The notes beneath the pieces are model-generated. The model did not search any database and was not told the origin of the DNA. It saw only the letters and a list, made by a program, of their open reading frames with translations. Shown here in pieces: positions 18,452 to 27,675 of a DNA stretch of 64,000 nt (positions within the stretch are counted from its first letter, which is position 1; every line of letters starts with the position of its first letter). The stretch lies in the sequence record ON529850.1. One strand, given 5' to 3'. Both the position numbers and the translations under genes were made by a program.

Positions 18452-18482
18452 GATTACTGTCATGAAAGGGGTTGATTGTCAA
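18452..18482 (-). promoter_or_regulatory. Putative portal promoter (TTGACA -35)
   Basis: tgtcaa at 18477-18482 with upstream T-tract; weak -10; GANTC sites at 18503 and 18509. Confidence 0.45.
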
Positions 18483-18543
18483 GAAAAACGGCGTTTGAGG
18501 GTGATTCGGAGTCCCTGTTACGTCGATTTTCACGATTTTTGCG

Positions 18544-18747
18544 TTGACAGCCGGTTTTCACCGGCTTAAACCTCAGGTTCACCCAAGGAAGGCCGAGGTC
18601 TTCTCGATAACCCGTAACCCGGAGGCGATCATGAAGTGAAACTCAGCGTCCCCGTCGTCTACGGGGCCGGCGGACGGGTGAAACCCAGACATTTCGGACG
18701 TCGCGTTCACAAACGATCAAGGCCCTGTCGTCGACAGGGCCTTTTTC
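18544..18747 (+). ncRNA. Candidate small RNA transcription unit, opposite in orientation to all other genes
   Basis: TTGACA-N17-TAAACC; 5' GGTTCACCC pairs with GGGTGAAACC (18676-18685); hairpin ccccgt/acgggg; terminator AAGGCCCTGTCGTCGACAGGGCCTTTTT. Confidence 0.45.
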
Positions 18748-18750
18748 ACA

Positions 18751-19467
18751 TCACCAGCTCGGGTGTTCGCCGCACAAAGGCGTTTGGGACAGATCGCGCA
18801 CCCCGCCGCGTCCAGGGCCGCCGACATTGATCACCCCGACGACGCGTCCCGCGCCGTCCAGGACCGGACCGCCCGACATGCCCGAATGGGCTTCACCGCT
18901 CATGATCGCCTGGTGCAGCGCCGGCTGTGAGGCGTTGCGCAGCGGCATGTCCGCGTAGACGCCGGTGAAGGTAAAGCGCTGAAGCGCGAAATCGCGACCA
19001 TAGGCCCAGCCGACGCCCAGATATTCCCGCCCACGACGCAACCCGCCGCAGTGCAGCTCCAGCTGGGCCGGCGTCGGTAGAGGCACCGCCAGGACCGCCA
19101 GGTCCAGCGCCCGGTCAAAATGGAGCGGGGTCATGGGCTTATCCTGGAACACGCACTGGGCGGCGCCTTCCACGACGTGCGCCGCCGTCAAGACGCGACC
19201 CGGCCCGATCACCGATCCGGTGCCGGTCACGACCCGCACCTGCAAGCGCTGAAGCACCGTCAGCGTCGAAAGCGGCGTATCGGCCGATACGCCATCGGGC
19301 AGAACCAGGCACAGGATCATGCCGGTGCTGTTGAGGTTAACGAAGTAGGGTCCGGAGGCGCGGCCGACCAATCCCATGGGTTCCGCCTGGACGGGCGGCG
19401 CGGACAGGGTCGACGGAAACGTCAGACACAGCAGGAAGGCTGAAAAGGCGGCGGCGAGACGACGCAT
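18751..19467 (-). CDS. Trypsin-like serine protease with signal peptide
   Basis: LTAAHVV, DLAVL, GMSGGPV catalytic triad; MRRLAAAFSAFLLCLTFPSTLSA leader. Confidence 0.9.
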   Translation of the reverse strand: MRRLAAAFSAFLLCLTFPSTLSAPPVQAEPMGLVGRASGPYFVNLNSTGMILCLVLPDGVSADTPLSTLTVLQRLQVRVVTGTGSVIGPGRVLTAAHVVEGAAQCVFQDKPMTPLHFDRALDLAVLAVPLPTPAQLELHCGGLRRGREYLGVGWAYGRDFALQRFTFTGVYADMPLRNASQPALHQAIMSGEAHSGMSGGPVLDGAGRVVGVINVGGPGRGGVRDLSQTPLCGEHPSW

Positions 19468-19818
19468 GGGCGCGAAAGCTCCAAGAACGCCGAAATTATG
19501 CCCTGTTTGCCAGAATTCACAACATTTCGTCAGAAATAACGGCGATTTCCGGATTCCTGAAAATGGATTCACAAAATTTTCGACAATTCGGTTCCGAAAT
19601 TTGAATTCGCTTCCAGGAAAACACGAGGTCGGTATAAAATTTGCCCCCTACCCCCCTCCCTTCGCCAGGCCAGGGGCAATTGCTAAATTTGATCCCTAGA
19701 CGCTTGGCGCCCCCGCGAGAATCGGGCCGAAGAGGGGGTCCGTGGGTCCCTCCGGTCCCATTTTGAAACAGGGGGGTGGCCCCCTCCGCCAAGGGAGGGA
19801 GCCGAGGGGAGGGGCGGG

Positions 19819-20055
19819 TTAGGCCGCCTCCGCCATTTCCGCCTGAACCGCGCGCTCGATGGCGGCGAAGTCGGCCGGGGAGGTGTTGGCCTTCAGGTCA
19901 TCCATGGTGCGGATTTGAGCGCCCTTCATGTTGGCCTTACGGAAAGCGGCGTTCAGGACGTAGTGGAAGCGCGTGGCGAGGGCTCCAGCTTGCTGAGCCG
20001 TCAGCAGCGACTGGAGGACTTCATAGTGCGAGGCGACCATTTGCATTTTCGTCAT
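19819..20055 (-). CDS. Cassette hypothetical protein
   Basis: Own promoter TTGATG-N17-TATAAC. Confidence 0.7.
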   Translation of the reverse strand: MTKMQMVASHYEVLQSLLTAQQAGALATRFHYVLNAAFRKANMKGAQIRTMDDLKANTSPADFAAIERAVQAEMAEAA

Positions 20056-20275
20056 TCCCTTCGGAGGGCGGGGCCGATCCCCGCCGCCGATGAGTCAGTT
20101 ATACGCAATGCGTTTCTTAACATCAACCCCTTTTTTGCATGAAAGGCCAAAAAAGTTCGCGCGCCGGGCCTGTTTTCAAGGCCCGCCGTTACGGCCCTTT
20201 TCCGGGCCGTGGAGCGGTTCGGGGCGCGGCGGGCGTCCTAGCCTTCCGCGCCCCTAGAAGGGCGTCAGCGCGCGC

Positions 20276-20539
20276 CTAGCGGGCCAGGGCGCGGGGTTCC
20301 GGCTCACAGCGCGCGCCGTCCAGTTCGGCGGCGGCGGTCACGCAGTCGAGCGCGGTTAGGTTCCAGTCTGCCACGTCGAGACGGTCAGGCTCTTGCGGAG
20401 TCGGGGCGGGCAGGATCAGGGAAAACGTCGGCTCTTGCGCCTTGGCGGGCATGAGGGCGGCGAAGCCGCGTTGATCGTCATACGTCGCCAAGGCGACGGC
20501 AAGGGCGATCATCAGGGCGAAGGGGATGGCGTTTCGCAT
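20276..20539 (-). CDS. Cassette protein with signal/TM segment
   Basis: MRNAIPFALMIALAVALA; AAAG RBS. Confidence 0.55.
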   Translation of the reverse strand: MRNAIPFALMIALAVALATYDDQRGFAALMPAKAQEPTFSLILPAPTPQEPDRLDVADWNLTALDCVTAAAELDGARCEPEPRALAR

Positions 20540-20594
20540 GGGCGGGGCTTTCGTGTGAGGGAGGGCGGGCGCGAAGCCCGCCCTAGAAGGGTTC

Positions 20595-20762
20595 TCAGGC
20601 CAGAACGTCACGGATGCGGGCCAGCGCGTCCGAGGGGCGCGGGGCTTCGCCAGTCCATTCGGCGCGGACGTGCGCCGGAACGGAAGCGGAGGCTTGCGGC
20701 TGCACCGGGGCGCGCGGGGTCATGCGGGCCGAGGGGGTCAGGGGCGAGCGGTGCTTGAACAT
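20595..20762 (-). CDS. 55-aa cassette protein (not in track)
   Basis: MFKHRSPL...RIRDVLA; GGAGA leader and TTGACA promoter. Confidence 0.6.
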   Translation of the reverse strand: MFKHRSPLTPSARMTPRAPVQPQASASVPAHVRAEWTGEAPRPSDALARIRDVLA

Positions 20763-20936
20763 GGGTCGTTCTCCGTGGTTGCCTCTCTCTTGTAAGGGCG
20801 AGGGTGTGCGTTGTCAACGCCTTTTTATCAGGAAAGATGGTTAACGGCCTCACCCGTTTTGTTAAGGTTAACGCAGGCGACGCATTTGTTAAGGTTAACA
20901 GCTTCGACGGTTTTGTTAAGGTTAACGCAGGCGGCT

Positions 20937-20972
20937 AAAAGAAAACCGCCCCGGCGCGCCGAGGCGGGGCGG
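20937..20972 (-). terminator. Intrinsic terminator, representative of the cassette terminators
   Basis: CCGCCCC...GGGGCGG hairpin followed by TTTTCTTTT on the minus strand. Confidence 0.8.
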
Positions 20973-20974
20973 GG

Positions 20975-21202
20975 TCAGGCCGCCCGGCGAAGGGGCGGCC
21001 CGGTCAGGGCGAAGGCGACCATGGGATAACCCCAGTCGATCAGGCGTTGCACGTTGTCATCCATGCGATCCGAATAGTAGCAGCGATCGCCGAAGTCTTC
21101 CGAGTCGGAAGCGGCGCGCGCGTTGTAATAATAGTCCTCGACTTCCGAAGCGACGATGTAGGCTTGAACGTGGGCGGCGTGGTCATCGGCGGCGAAGAAC
21201 AT
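20975..21202 (-). CDS. Cassette hypothetical protein
   Basis: Own promoter and terminator. Confidence 0.7.
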   Translation of the reverse strand: MFFAADDHAAHVQAYIVASEVEDYYYNARAASDSEDFGDRCYYSDRMDDNVQRLIDWGYPMVAFALTGPPLRRAA

Positions 21203-21320
21203 GGCGTTTCCTTTGGGGTTGCCGTTGAAGTCGCCCCCTTCTAGCGGGTAGGGTTGGAGGGTGTCAACCCCTCTTTTTGAAAAATGCGCCCGCCCCGGCG
21301 AACCGGGGCGGGCTGGATCG

Positions 21321-22235
21321 TCAGGCGGCCAGCGCCAGCGCCTCGGCGGCCTCGCCTTGCGGCTCTTGCGCGGCCTCCGCCTCGGCGGCCTTCAGGATGT
21401 AATCCGCCGCCGTCTGGGCCTTCGTGCAAGCCTGAATAAACGCCTTCGGGTTGGAGCGGATGCGCGCCGCCCAATGGCCGATATAGGCGGCGTGATCGGC
21501 GCGCTCGACACTGGCGAAGCCTTGCGAGGCGCAGATGAACGCCGCCGTCAGTTCCGCGACCAGTTCCTCAAAGGCGTAAGCCTCATCGCCGAATTCGCGG
21601 CCAAAGGTGCGGTTGAGTCGATGCTCCGCGCCGGTCCAATGCCCCAGCTCATGAAAGGCCGTCGAATAATAGCCGTCCGCGTTGATGAAATCGGCGAAGG
21701 CGGGCAGGTGGATGCGGTCAAAGGCGGGGGTATAGAACGCCTTAGACCCGCCGTGGCGCACGTCCGCGCCCGTGGCGGCGATCAGGGCGTCAGCGGCGGC
21801 GATGCGCTCCGCTTCGGGCAGGATCGAAGCCGGGGCGGCTTCGGGCAGTTCCACGCCCTCGCACTGCGCGATGTTGAACACGGTGTAGACCTTGGCGAAG
21901 AATCGCGAGGTCGTCTCGCCCGTCGCGGCGTCTTCCTTCGTGGTGCGCGACCAGAAGAAAACCGGGGTTCCCTTCTCGCCCTTGCGAACCGATCCGCCGC
22001 GCGCCTTGGCCTGTTTAAACGTCATCCAGACGGGTTCCGCGTAACCCTTGGCCTCTTGTTCCATCCACAACCAAAAGGTGTTGGCGCCGCGATAGGCGCG
22101 GCCTTCGATGTTGCGGGGCAGGGCCAGGGCCGAACCGCGCGCGGTCCAAGGCTTCGACCAAGGGCGAACGCCCGATTCCAGTTTACCGGCAATCGTGGCG
22201 GCGATCTTGTCAAACACTTCGTTAGCTTGTGCCAT
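21321..22235 (-). CDS. ardC: ArdC-like antirestriction protein (ssDNA-binding domain plus zincin-like domain)
   Basis: GVRPWSKPW, YRGAN, WMTFKQA..GG.VRKGEKG, VFNIAQ, YYSTAFHELGHWTG...RLNR, YAFEELVAE. Confidence 0.93.
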   Translation of the reverse strand: MAQANEVFDKIAATIAGKLESGVRPWSKPWTARGSALALPRNIEGRAYRGANTFWLWMEQEAKGYAEPVWMTFKQAKARGGSVRKGEKGTPVFFWSRTTKEDAATGETTSRFFAKVYTVFNIAQCEGVELPEAAPASILPEAERIAAADALIAATGADVRHGGSKAFYTPAFDRIHLPAFADFINADGYYSTAFHELGHWTGAEHRLNRTFGREFGDEAYAFEELVAELTAAFICASQGFASVERADHAAYIGHWAARIRSNPKAFIQACTKAQTAADYILKAAEAEAAQEPQGEAAEALALAA

Positions 22236-22321
22236 GGGGCGTCTCCGTTGCTGTCAACGTCGTTTTATTGGTTGGATGGGGGAGCGTCAAGCCCTTATTT
22301 TTAGAAAAATGCGGCCCGCCG

Positions 22322-22337
22322 TTAACCTCTCTTTAAC
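22322..22337. promoter_or_regulatory. Perfect CtrA-type box TTAA-N7-TTAAC upstream of the ardC promoter
   Basis: TTAA cctctct TTAAC; TTAACCAT also at 22380-22387. Confidence 0.55.
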
Positions 22338-22485
22338 TATTTCCTGTTAGTCTGGCTTGGGGAGGGATGCGCTAGGCCGTTAACCATATCGGTTAAGGTT
22401 AACATCGCGTTAAGGTTAACAGTTCGGACGGCGCAAGAAAAAGGCCGCCCGGCGAGGGCGGCCCGGATCAGTCGGGGCGGGGGCG

Positions 22486-22680
22486 TCAGTCCCAGCCCAG
22501 CGCGCGGCGGGCCTCGGCGCGAGCGGCGCGGCCATGCAGCGGGCGCGAGGCGACGGCCTCGCCGTCAAGGTCCATGTCGTCAAATTGGCGGGCGCGTTCG
22601 CGGCGGTCAGTCTGGCGGGCGAAGGCGGCGCGGCGCGCCTCGAAAGCGTCAACGTCATTACGGCGGAAAGTGCGGGCCAT
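22486..22680 (-). CDS. Cassette hypothetical protein
   Basis: Own promoter and terminator. Confidence 0.65.
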   Translation of the reverse strand: MARTFRRNDVDAFEARRAAFARQTDRRERARQFDDMDLDGEAVASRPLHGRAARAEARRALGWD

Positions 22681-22863
22681 GTCAGGACTCCAAGGGTTTG
22701 CGCCTCCGGCCTATCCGGGGCTTCATCAGGCTAGGCGGGGGCGTTCTGGGTGTCAACCTCTTTTTTGTAGAAAAATGGTTAACGGATTAGGGGCGCTGTT
22801 AACCTTAATTGTTAAGGTTAACGCGGACGGTCTAAAGAAAAGGGGCTTTTCAGCCCCTTCCCC

Positions 22864-23097
22864 TTAGTGGCGCGCCTTGGCTTGAGTCGCCAGCCGCAGG
22901 GCGGTTGCGCGGTCGATGCGCTTGCCTTGGAAGGTGTGCGAGTGGCGGGTGATACGGCCATTCGCGCCACGGTGAACGCGGGTCATCAGTTCGCCCCCGT
23001 TGACTTGCATCGTCGTCACCGTCAGGCGGGCGGCGCGGGCGGCGACCGTGGCGGTCGTCAGGGCAAGGCGGGCGTTCAGGTTGCGGGCGGTTTGCAT
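22864..23097 (-). CDS. Cassette hypothetical protein (basic)
   Basis: Conserved leader. Confidence 0.7.
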   Translation of the reverse strand: MQTARNLNARLALTTATVAARAARLTVTTMQVNGGELMTRVHRGANGRITRHSHTFQGKRIDRATALRLATQAKARH

Positions 23098-23340
23098 CGG
23101 GTGTCTCCCTGTTCCGATGACCCCAATCTAGGGGAGGGCTTGGGAGGTGTCAACCGCCTTTTTTCAGAAAAGATGGTTAACAGAATCGGGCCGTTTCGCC
23201 GGTCACGGCGAGGGGCGGCGCGGTCAGGGAACGGGGCGCGACCGGCGCAGGGCGCGCCGCCGGGTCGGCCCCTGCCCTCTCTAGGCTTGGGAAGGGCGCG
23301 GGCGACGGGGCGGCGCTTGAAAGGCCCTCGCGGGGGTAAA

Positions 23341-23434
23341 GTGAAGCGGCGTCAAGTCAAGTCCCGCGTAGGCGAAAGTGAAGCGGCGTCAAGTCAAGTC
23401 CGCATGAGCGAAAGCGAAGCGGCGTCAAGTCAAG
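23341..23434. repeat. Three copies of GAAGCGGCGTCAAGTCAAG
   Basis: Copies near 23343, 23380, 23416. Confidence 0.8.
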
Positions 23435-23484
23435 CGCGGGGCCGTAAACCCGGCCCGGTCAAGCCGGGCCGGGTCAGGGCAAGA

Positions 23485-23964
23485 TCAGGCCGACAACACG
23501 CGGCGATTGACGCGATTCGCGTAGGCCCAGGCGCGAGAGTCTTCCTCGGCGCGGGCGTAAGCCGCTTGGGCCTCGGCGGCGCGTTGCGCCTCGAAGGCTT
23601 CGCGCGGAAACGCCTTTTCGATGCGCTCGCGTTGAGTCTCGTGCCAAGGGCGCGGGTCATGCTTCGGCGCGGGGGCGCGCGGGGGCTTGCCGTCCAGCGT
23701 GACGCGGGCGCCGTTCAGGCCGTGCGACCACTGGCCGCCGGGGTTGAGCTGTTCCAGCAGGGTTTGCGGGTCCATGCCCTCGGGCGCCGTCAGGGCGAGG
23801 CCGGTGCGCTTGTTCAGGACGTGCGCGGGAAACAGTCCGGTTTCCGGGTCGCGCAGGATCAGCGCATATTCAGCGGCGTATCCGTCCGCGTTGATCTGTC
23901 CCGCTTCCAGCAGATAGGCGTTGATGGCGGGATTGGCGGCGATGGCTTTGGCGAGGGTCAGCAT
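23485..23964 (-). CDS. Cassette hypothetical protein
   Basis: Conserved leader. Confidence 0.75.
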   Translation of the reverse strand: MLTLAKAIAANPAINAYLLEAGQINADGYAAEYALILRDPETGLFPAHVLNKRTGLALTAPEGMDPQTLLEQLNPGGQWSHGLNGARVTLDGKPPRAPAPKHDPRPWHETQRERIEKAFPREAFEAQRAAEAQAAYARAEEDSRAWAYANRVNRRVLSA

Positions 23965-24108
23965 GGGGTGTCTCCGTTGCGTTGCCTCAAGGTGTAGCCG
24001 CTCGCCGCGTCAGTGTCAACCGCTATTTTTAATAAATCCAACGCCTCCGGGCGGGTTCGGCGTTAACCTTAACAAATCGCGAGGATGACGCCGGGGCGGC
24101 GCCTGGCC

Positions 24109-24429
24109 CTAGAGGGCGGGGAAGATCACCCGCCCTTGCGCCGTCACCTCATAATCCCACGCGGCGAACATGGCGGCTTCGGCCATGGCGTCAGCGAAAG
24201 ACACCTCGGCGGCGGCTTCGGCGGCTTCCAGCGCGTCGATCTCCGCCAGCTCCTCGGCGTAGGCGTCGGGGTCGCCGTAGCCGCAAGGGCGGTCGGGGCG
24301 ATTGGCGATCCACGCCTCCGCCTCGGCGAGGGTGATGCGGCCCATGGACGGGCGGACCCCGTAGTCGTTTTTGTAGAGGTCGGAATAGAGGCTGAAAACG
24401 TCGTCAGCGTAGGTGCGGGCTTCGGTCAT
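24109..24429 (-). CDS. Cassette hypothetical protein (start MTEARTY)
   Basis: GGAGAGA leader; YSDLYKNDYGVRP motif. Confidence 0.7.
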   Translation of the reverse strand: MTEARTYADDVFSLYSDLYKNDYGVRPSMGRITLAEAEAWIANRPDRPCGYGDPDAYAEELAEIDALEAAEAAAEVSFADAMAEAAMFAAWDYEVTAQGRVIFPAL

Positions 24430-24597
24430 GGCGTCTCTCCGGCGGGACCGTCCCGCCACTCGAACAATCTAGCAAAGAGAAGTTAACAAGAGGTAAACGC
24501 CGCGAGGTTTTTCGTCGGGCCGAGGCGGACGATGAATCGGGCAGGGTCCCCGAGGATGAATCGGGCAGGGTCCCCGTTAAGGTTAATGACCCAGGGC

Positions 24598-24714
24598 TTA
24601 GGGCTTACGCCCCTTGCGGGTGTAAGCCCCGCGCCCCTTCTTGGGGCGGACCACGCGGGGGCGATAAGCCGGGGTGGCGAGGGCGGCGGCGGCGGGGTTC
24701 TTTTTGGGCTTCAT
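24598..24714 (-). CDS. arfA: 38-aa ArfA-like alternative ribosome rescue factor (not in track)
   Basis: MKPKKNPAAAALATPAYRPRVVRPKKGRGAYTRKGRKP; conserved leader and TTGACA promoter. Confidence 0.7.
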   Translation of the reverse strand: MKPKKNPAAAALATPAYRPRVVRPKKGRGAYTRKGRKP

Positions 24715-24777
24715 GGGGTGTCTCCGTTGAAAGCAAAGACACCCTTAAAGGAAGCGCGGTTGACTGTCAACCCCTTT

Positions 24778-25482
24778 TTATTCGGATAAGCCCAGAGAGC
24801 CGGGCGCGATCTTCTGCCCCTGATCCAGTCGAACCGCCATCAGGCCCCGCAGGACTTCGCCGCGCGCCGCATCGTCGGGCAGGGCGTCGAGGCGCGCCGT
24901 CAGGGCCGCGCCGAACGTGCCGGGGAACAGGACGTGCGCCCCGTCTTGCGCGCGAACAGCGATGCGATCCGTCGCGGTCGTGTAGGGCGCCCACAGCGTC
25001 ACGCCGGGATATTCCGCCGCGACCGTCGCGCCAGGGCGAACCGGGGAGGGCTGGCCCGCGCCATAGCCCGCCGGGTGTTCGGTTTCGCCCGGTTGCGGGT
25101 CGGCGTAGCCTTTGCGGACCCGTTCGGCGATCTGCGACGCCGACACCAGCGCGCCGCTGGCATCGACGCGAACCTGGCCGCAAGGCTGTTCAATCACGAC
25201 GTAATCCAGCGCCGAGGCTTCATCATGGACGCGGTTGACGATCAGGCAGATGGTCGAGGCCGTGCCGTATTCCCCTTCGCGCAGGGTGAAGGACGCCCGG
25301 TAGGGATGCAGCGTGGTGGCGTAAACGCTGGCGGCGGTCTTGGCGGTCAGGACGCCTTGGCCGTTGTTGAGCTTCCACGCCGCCAGCTTCTTGGTGAAGC
25401 GTTCGGGCGGGCGCGGCGTCCCGTCGGAAAAGGCGACGAGGGCGCCCAGCGGGGCGGTGCGGATCAGTTCGGCGGCGTTCAT
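24778..25482 (-). CDS. Cassette protein; N-terminus resembles a rhizobial plasmid hypothetical family
   Basis: APLGALVAFSDGTPRPPERF.KKL.AWK; recalled similarity, unverified. Confidence 0.65.
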   Translation of the reverse strand: MNAAELIRTAPLGALVAFSDGTPRPPERFTKKLAAWKLNNGQGVLTAKTAASVYATTLHPYRASFTLREGEYGTASTICLIVNRVHDEASALDYVVIEQPCGQVRVDASGALVSASQIAERVRKGYADPQPGETEHPAGYGAGQPSPVRPGATVAAEYPGVTLWAPYTTATDRIAVRAQDGAHVLFPGTFGAALTARLDALPDDAARGEVLRGLMAVRLDQGQKIAPGSLGLSE

Positions 25483-25594
25483 GGGGCGTCTCCCGTTGTA
25501 GGTCCCTCCCTACTAGGGGCGGGCGCGCAAACTGTCAACCACTTTTTATCAGGTAAGGTCTTGTTAAGGTTAACGCCGGGACGGGGTGGGCGCG

Positions 25595-25948
25595 TCAGGG
25601 CAGACGCGCCGGGTCCAGCGTCAAGGCGCGCCGACGAATCGACAAAGCCCCGCGCGCGGTGCTTCGGGTCGATTTCTGCAACTTGCCCGACTTGGCGGCA
25701 CAGCAGGGGCAGACCTTGGGTTCAGTCGGCAGGACATGGCCCGCCAAGGGGTCGAGGGTGCCGCGAACCGATAGGGTCAGGGCCAGCCCTTGCAGGGCGA
25801 CGGGCGCGCCGGTGCGGCGACGGCGCAGGTCATCATGCACCGTCAGGCCCGCCGAAAGGCGATTCGGGCGCGTCACCGCCACAGGCGATATGGCGACGCG
25901 ATAGCCGCCCGGCATGAGCCGGCGCGTGTCAGGAACATAGCGGCGCAT
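25595..25948 (-). CDS. Cassette hypothetical protein with CPCC motif
   Basis: Coupled to upstream gene. Confidence 0.5.
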   Translation of the reverse strand: MRRYVPDTRRLMPGGYRVAISPVAVTRPNRLSAGLTVHDDLRRRRTGAPVALQGLALTLSVRGTLDPLAGHVLPTEPKVCPCCAAKSGKLQKSTRSTARGALSIRRRALTLDPARLP

Positions 25949-26163
25949 CAGTCGTCGGCCCGGTCCAGGGTGCGGCGCACGTATTCATAGAACATCCGCC
26001 CGGTCGAGCCGTTGGCGTTCTTGGGGGCGCGGTAACGGCGCGAGGCGGCGCATTCCAGCAGGGCGGAAACCTGCGACTGGCGCAGGGTGAAGAAGTTCGC
26101 GCCTTGCTCAATCTGGCAGACTTGCAGAATGTGATACGCTTCGTGTTTGGTCATGCGGGCCAT
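25948..26163 (-). CDS. Cassette hypothetical protein (start MARMTKH)
   Basis: Conserved leader; YRAPKNANGS motif. Confidence 0.75.
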   Translation of the reverse strand: MARMTKHEAYHILQVCQIEQGANFFTLRQSQVSALLECAASRRYRAPKNANGSTGRMFYEYVRRTLDRADD

Positions 26164-26301
26164 GGGGCGTCTCCGTTGTTGGCCCCTCCTTCTAGGGGCG
26201 GGCGCGCCGTCTGTCAACCGCTTTTTATCAGTTAAGGTTTTGTTAAGGTTAACGTGGGCGGGCCGAAGACCGCCCCGGCGGCGAGGCCGGGGCGGCGGGG
26301 C

Positions 26302-26814
26302 TTAGACGGTGATGGCGTCGCGGGCCTTGGTCAGTTGGTCGATCAGCATATCCAGACGGCGCACGGCCTCTTCGCCGGAATCACAGTCTTCCTTGGCGTC
26401 CAGTTCGACCATGACGGCGGTGAAAATCGTGTCGCCGTAGTCCGGCGCGTCGGCCAGGGTTTCGAGCCACGTCACGTCTTCATCCGCGTAGGCGTCGGCG
26501 AATTCCCGTTGCCACGGCGAGACGGGCGACTCGGGAAGGGTGACGCCGAGAATCAGGGGCGTCAGATTGGAGCCGACCTTGAGAATCTGAAACCGGCCCG
26601 CCATGCCGTCGTCAAAGGCGAGTTGCAGCTCCTTGGCGATCTGGCGGGCGAGATCGGCGCCGGTGGCGCTGTTGTCCGCGACGCCCAGCACGGACTCATC
26701 GTCGCCGACGTCGCGTTGCAGCAACACGATGGCGTGATACTCGCTGTCGCTGGCGCGGAACGATTCCAGTTCGGCGCGGGTGGCGGTGAAGGGGGTCATC
26801 AAGTTGTCAGGCAT
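26302..26814 (-). CDS. Cassette hypothetical protein (acidic)
   Basis: Conserved leader. Confidence 0.75.
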   Translation of the reverse strand: MPDNLMTPFTATRAELESFRASDSEYHAIVLLQRDVGDDESVLGVADNSATGADLARQIAKELQLAFDDGMAGRFQILKVGSNLTPLILGVTLPESPVSPWQREFADAYADEDVTWLETLADAPDYGDTIFTAVMVELDAKEDCDSGEEAVRRLDMLIDQLTKARDAITV

Positions 26815-26965
26815 CGGGCGTCTCCGTTGTTGGGACCTCCCTTCTAAGGCCGGGCGCTCTTTCTGTCAACCTCTCTTCAGCAGTTAATGACTCGTTAAGG
26901 TTAATGCGACCGACACGCAAAAAGGGGCGTCGCCATTCCGGCGCCGCCCAGTCTTGCACTCCGTA

Positions 26966-27232
26966 TCAGCGGCCTTGGGCCGCCCTTGTCTTAAAGTTCG
27001 CGACCGCCTCGGGCAGGCTGTCGAAATAGCTGCCCTTGTGGAAACCGCCCAAGTCGTCGTTGCGCCAATGCGTGACGAAAGGGTGGTGCGGGTTGTCGGG
27101 GATGTGGCGCAGGACGACGGCGCCCTTGCACGTTCCGCGCCCGCCGGGAGTCTTGGACTCCAGCAAGGTCGCGCGCTTGGCGGGATCGGCGGCGGCGAGG
27201 GCCGCTTGGGCCTGGGTCAGAAAGTCAGCCAT
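26966..27232 (-). CDS. Cassette hypothetical protein
   Basis: Conserved leader. Confidence 0.75.
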   Translation of the reverse strand: MADFLTQAQAALAAADPAKRATLLESKTPGGRGTCKGAVVLRHIPDNPHHPFVTHWRNDDLGGFHKGSYFDSLPEAVANFKTRAAQGR

Positions 27233-27387
27233 GAGGCGTCTCCGTTGTTGACGCCCTACATCTAGGGCAGGCCGGGCTAGGTGTCAACAACTCTTTTTCA
27301 GAAAAGAGCGTTAATCCGCCGGGGCTCCGCGTTAACCTTAACGCCGGGTGAAGACGATGCGCCCCGGCGCGGAGCCGGGGCGTCGCC

Positions 27388-27672
27388 CTAGAGCGGGGTC
27401 AACTCGTGATAGAGGGCGTCGGGCGCCTCTTCACCACGGGCGAGGGCGGGATAGGCCGAATCGGGCTTGCCGTTGAAGCCCGGCAGAACGATTCCCGGCA
27501 GGTCGCCCAGAAGGCGGAGGCGGTAAAGCGGCACGTCCGCGAACGGCGGGTTTTCGACCGCCCCGAGCACTTCGGCGTTAACCGCGACCCCGACCAGATA
27601 GCCGGGGCGATAGGCGACGATCTGCCCCGGCTTGAGCGCCGGGGCGTCGGGGGTGCGGACAATACGGGTCAT
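27388..27672 (-). CDS. Cassette hypothetical protein
   Basis: Second gene of cassette. Confidence 0.6.
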   Translation of the reverse strand: MTRIVRTPDAPALKPGQIVAYRPGYLVGVAVNAEVLGAVENPPFADVPLYRLRLLGDLPGIVLPGFNGKPDSAYPALARGEEAPDALYHELTPL

Positions 27673-27675
27673 GGC

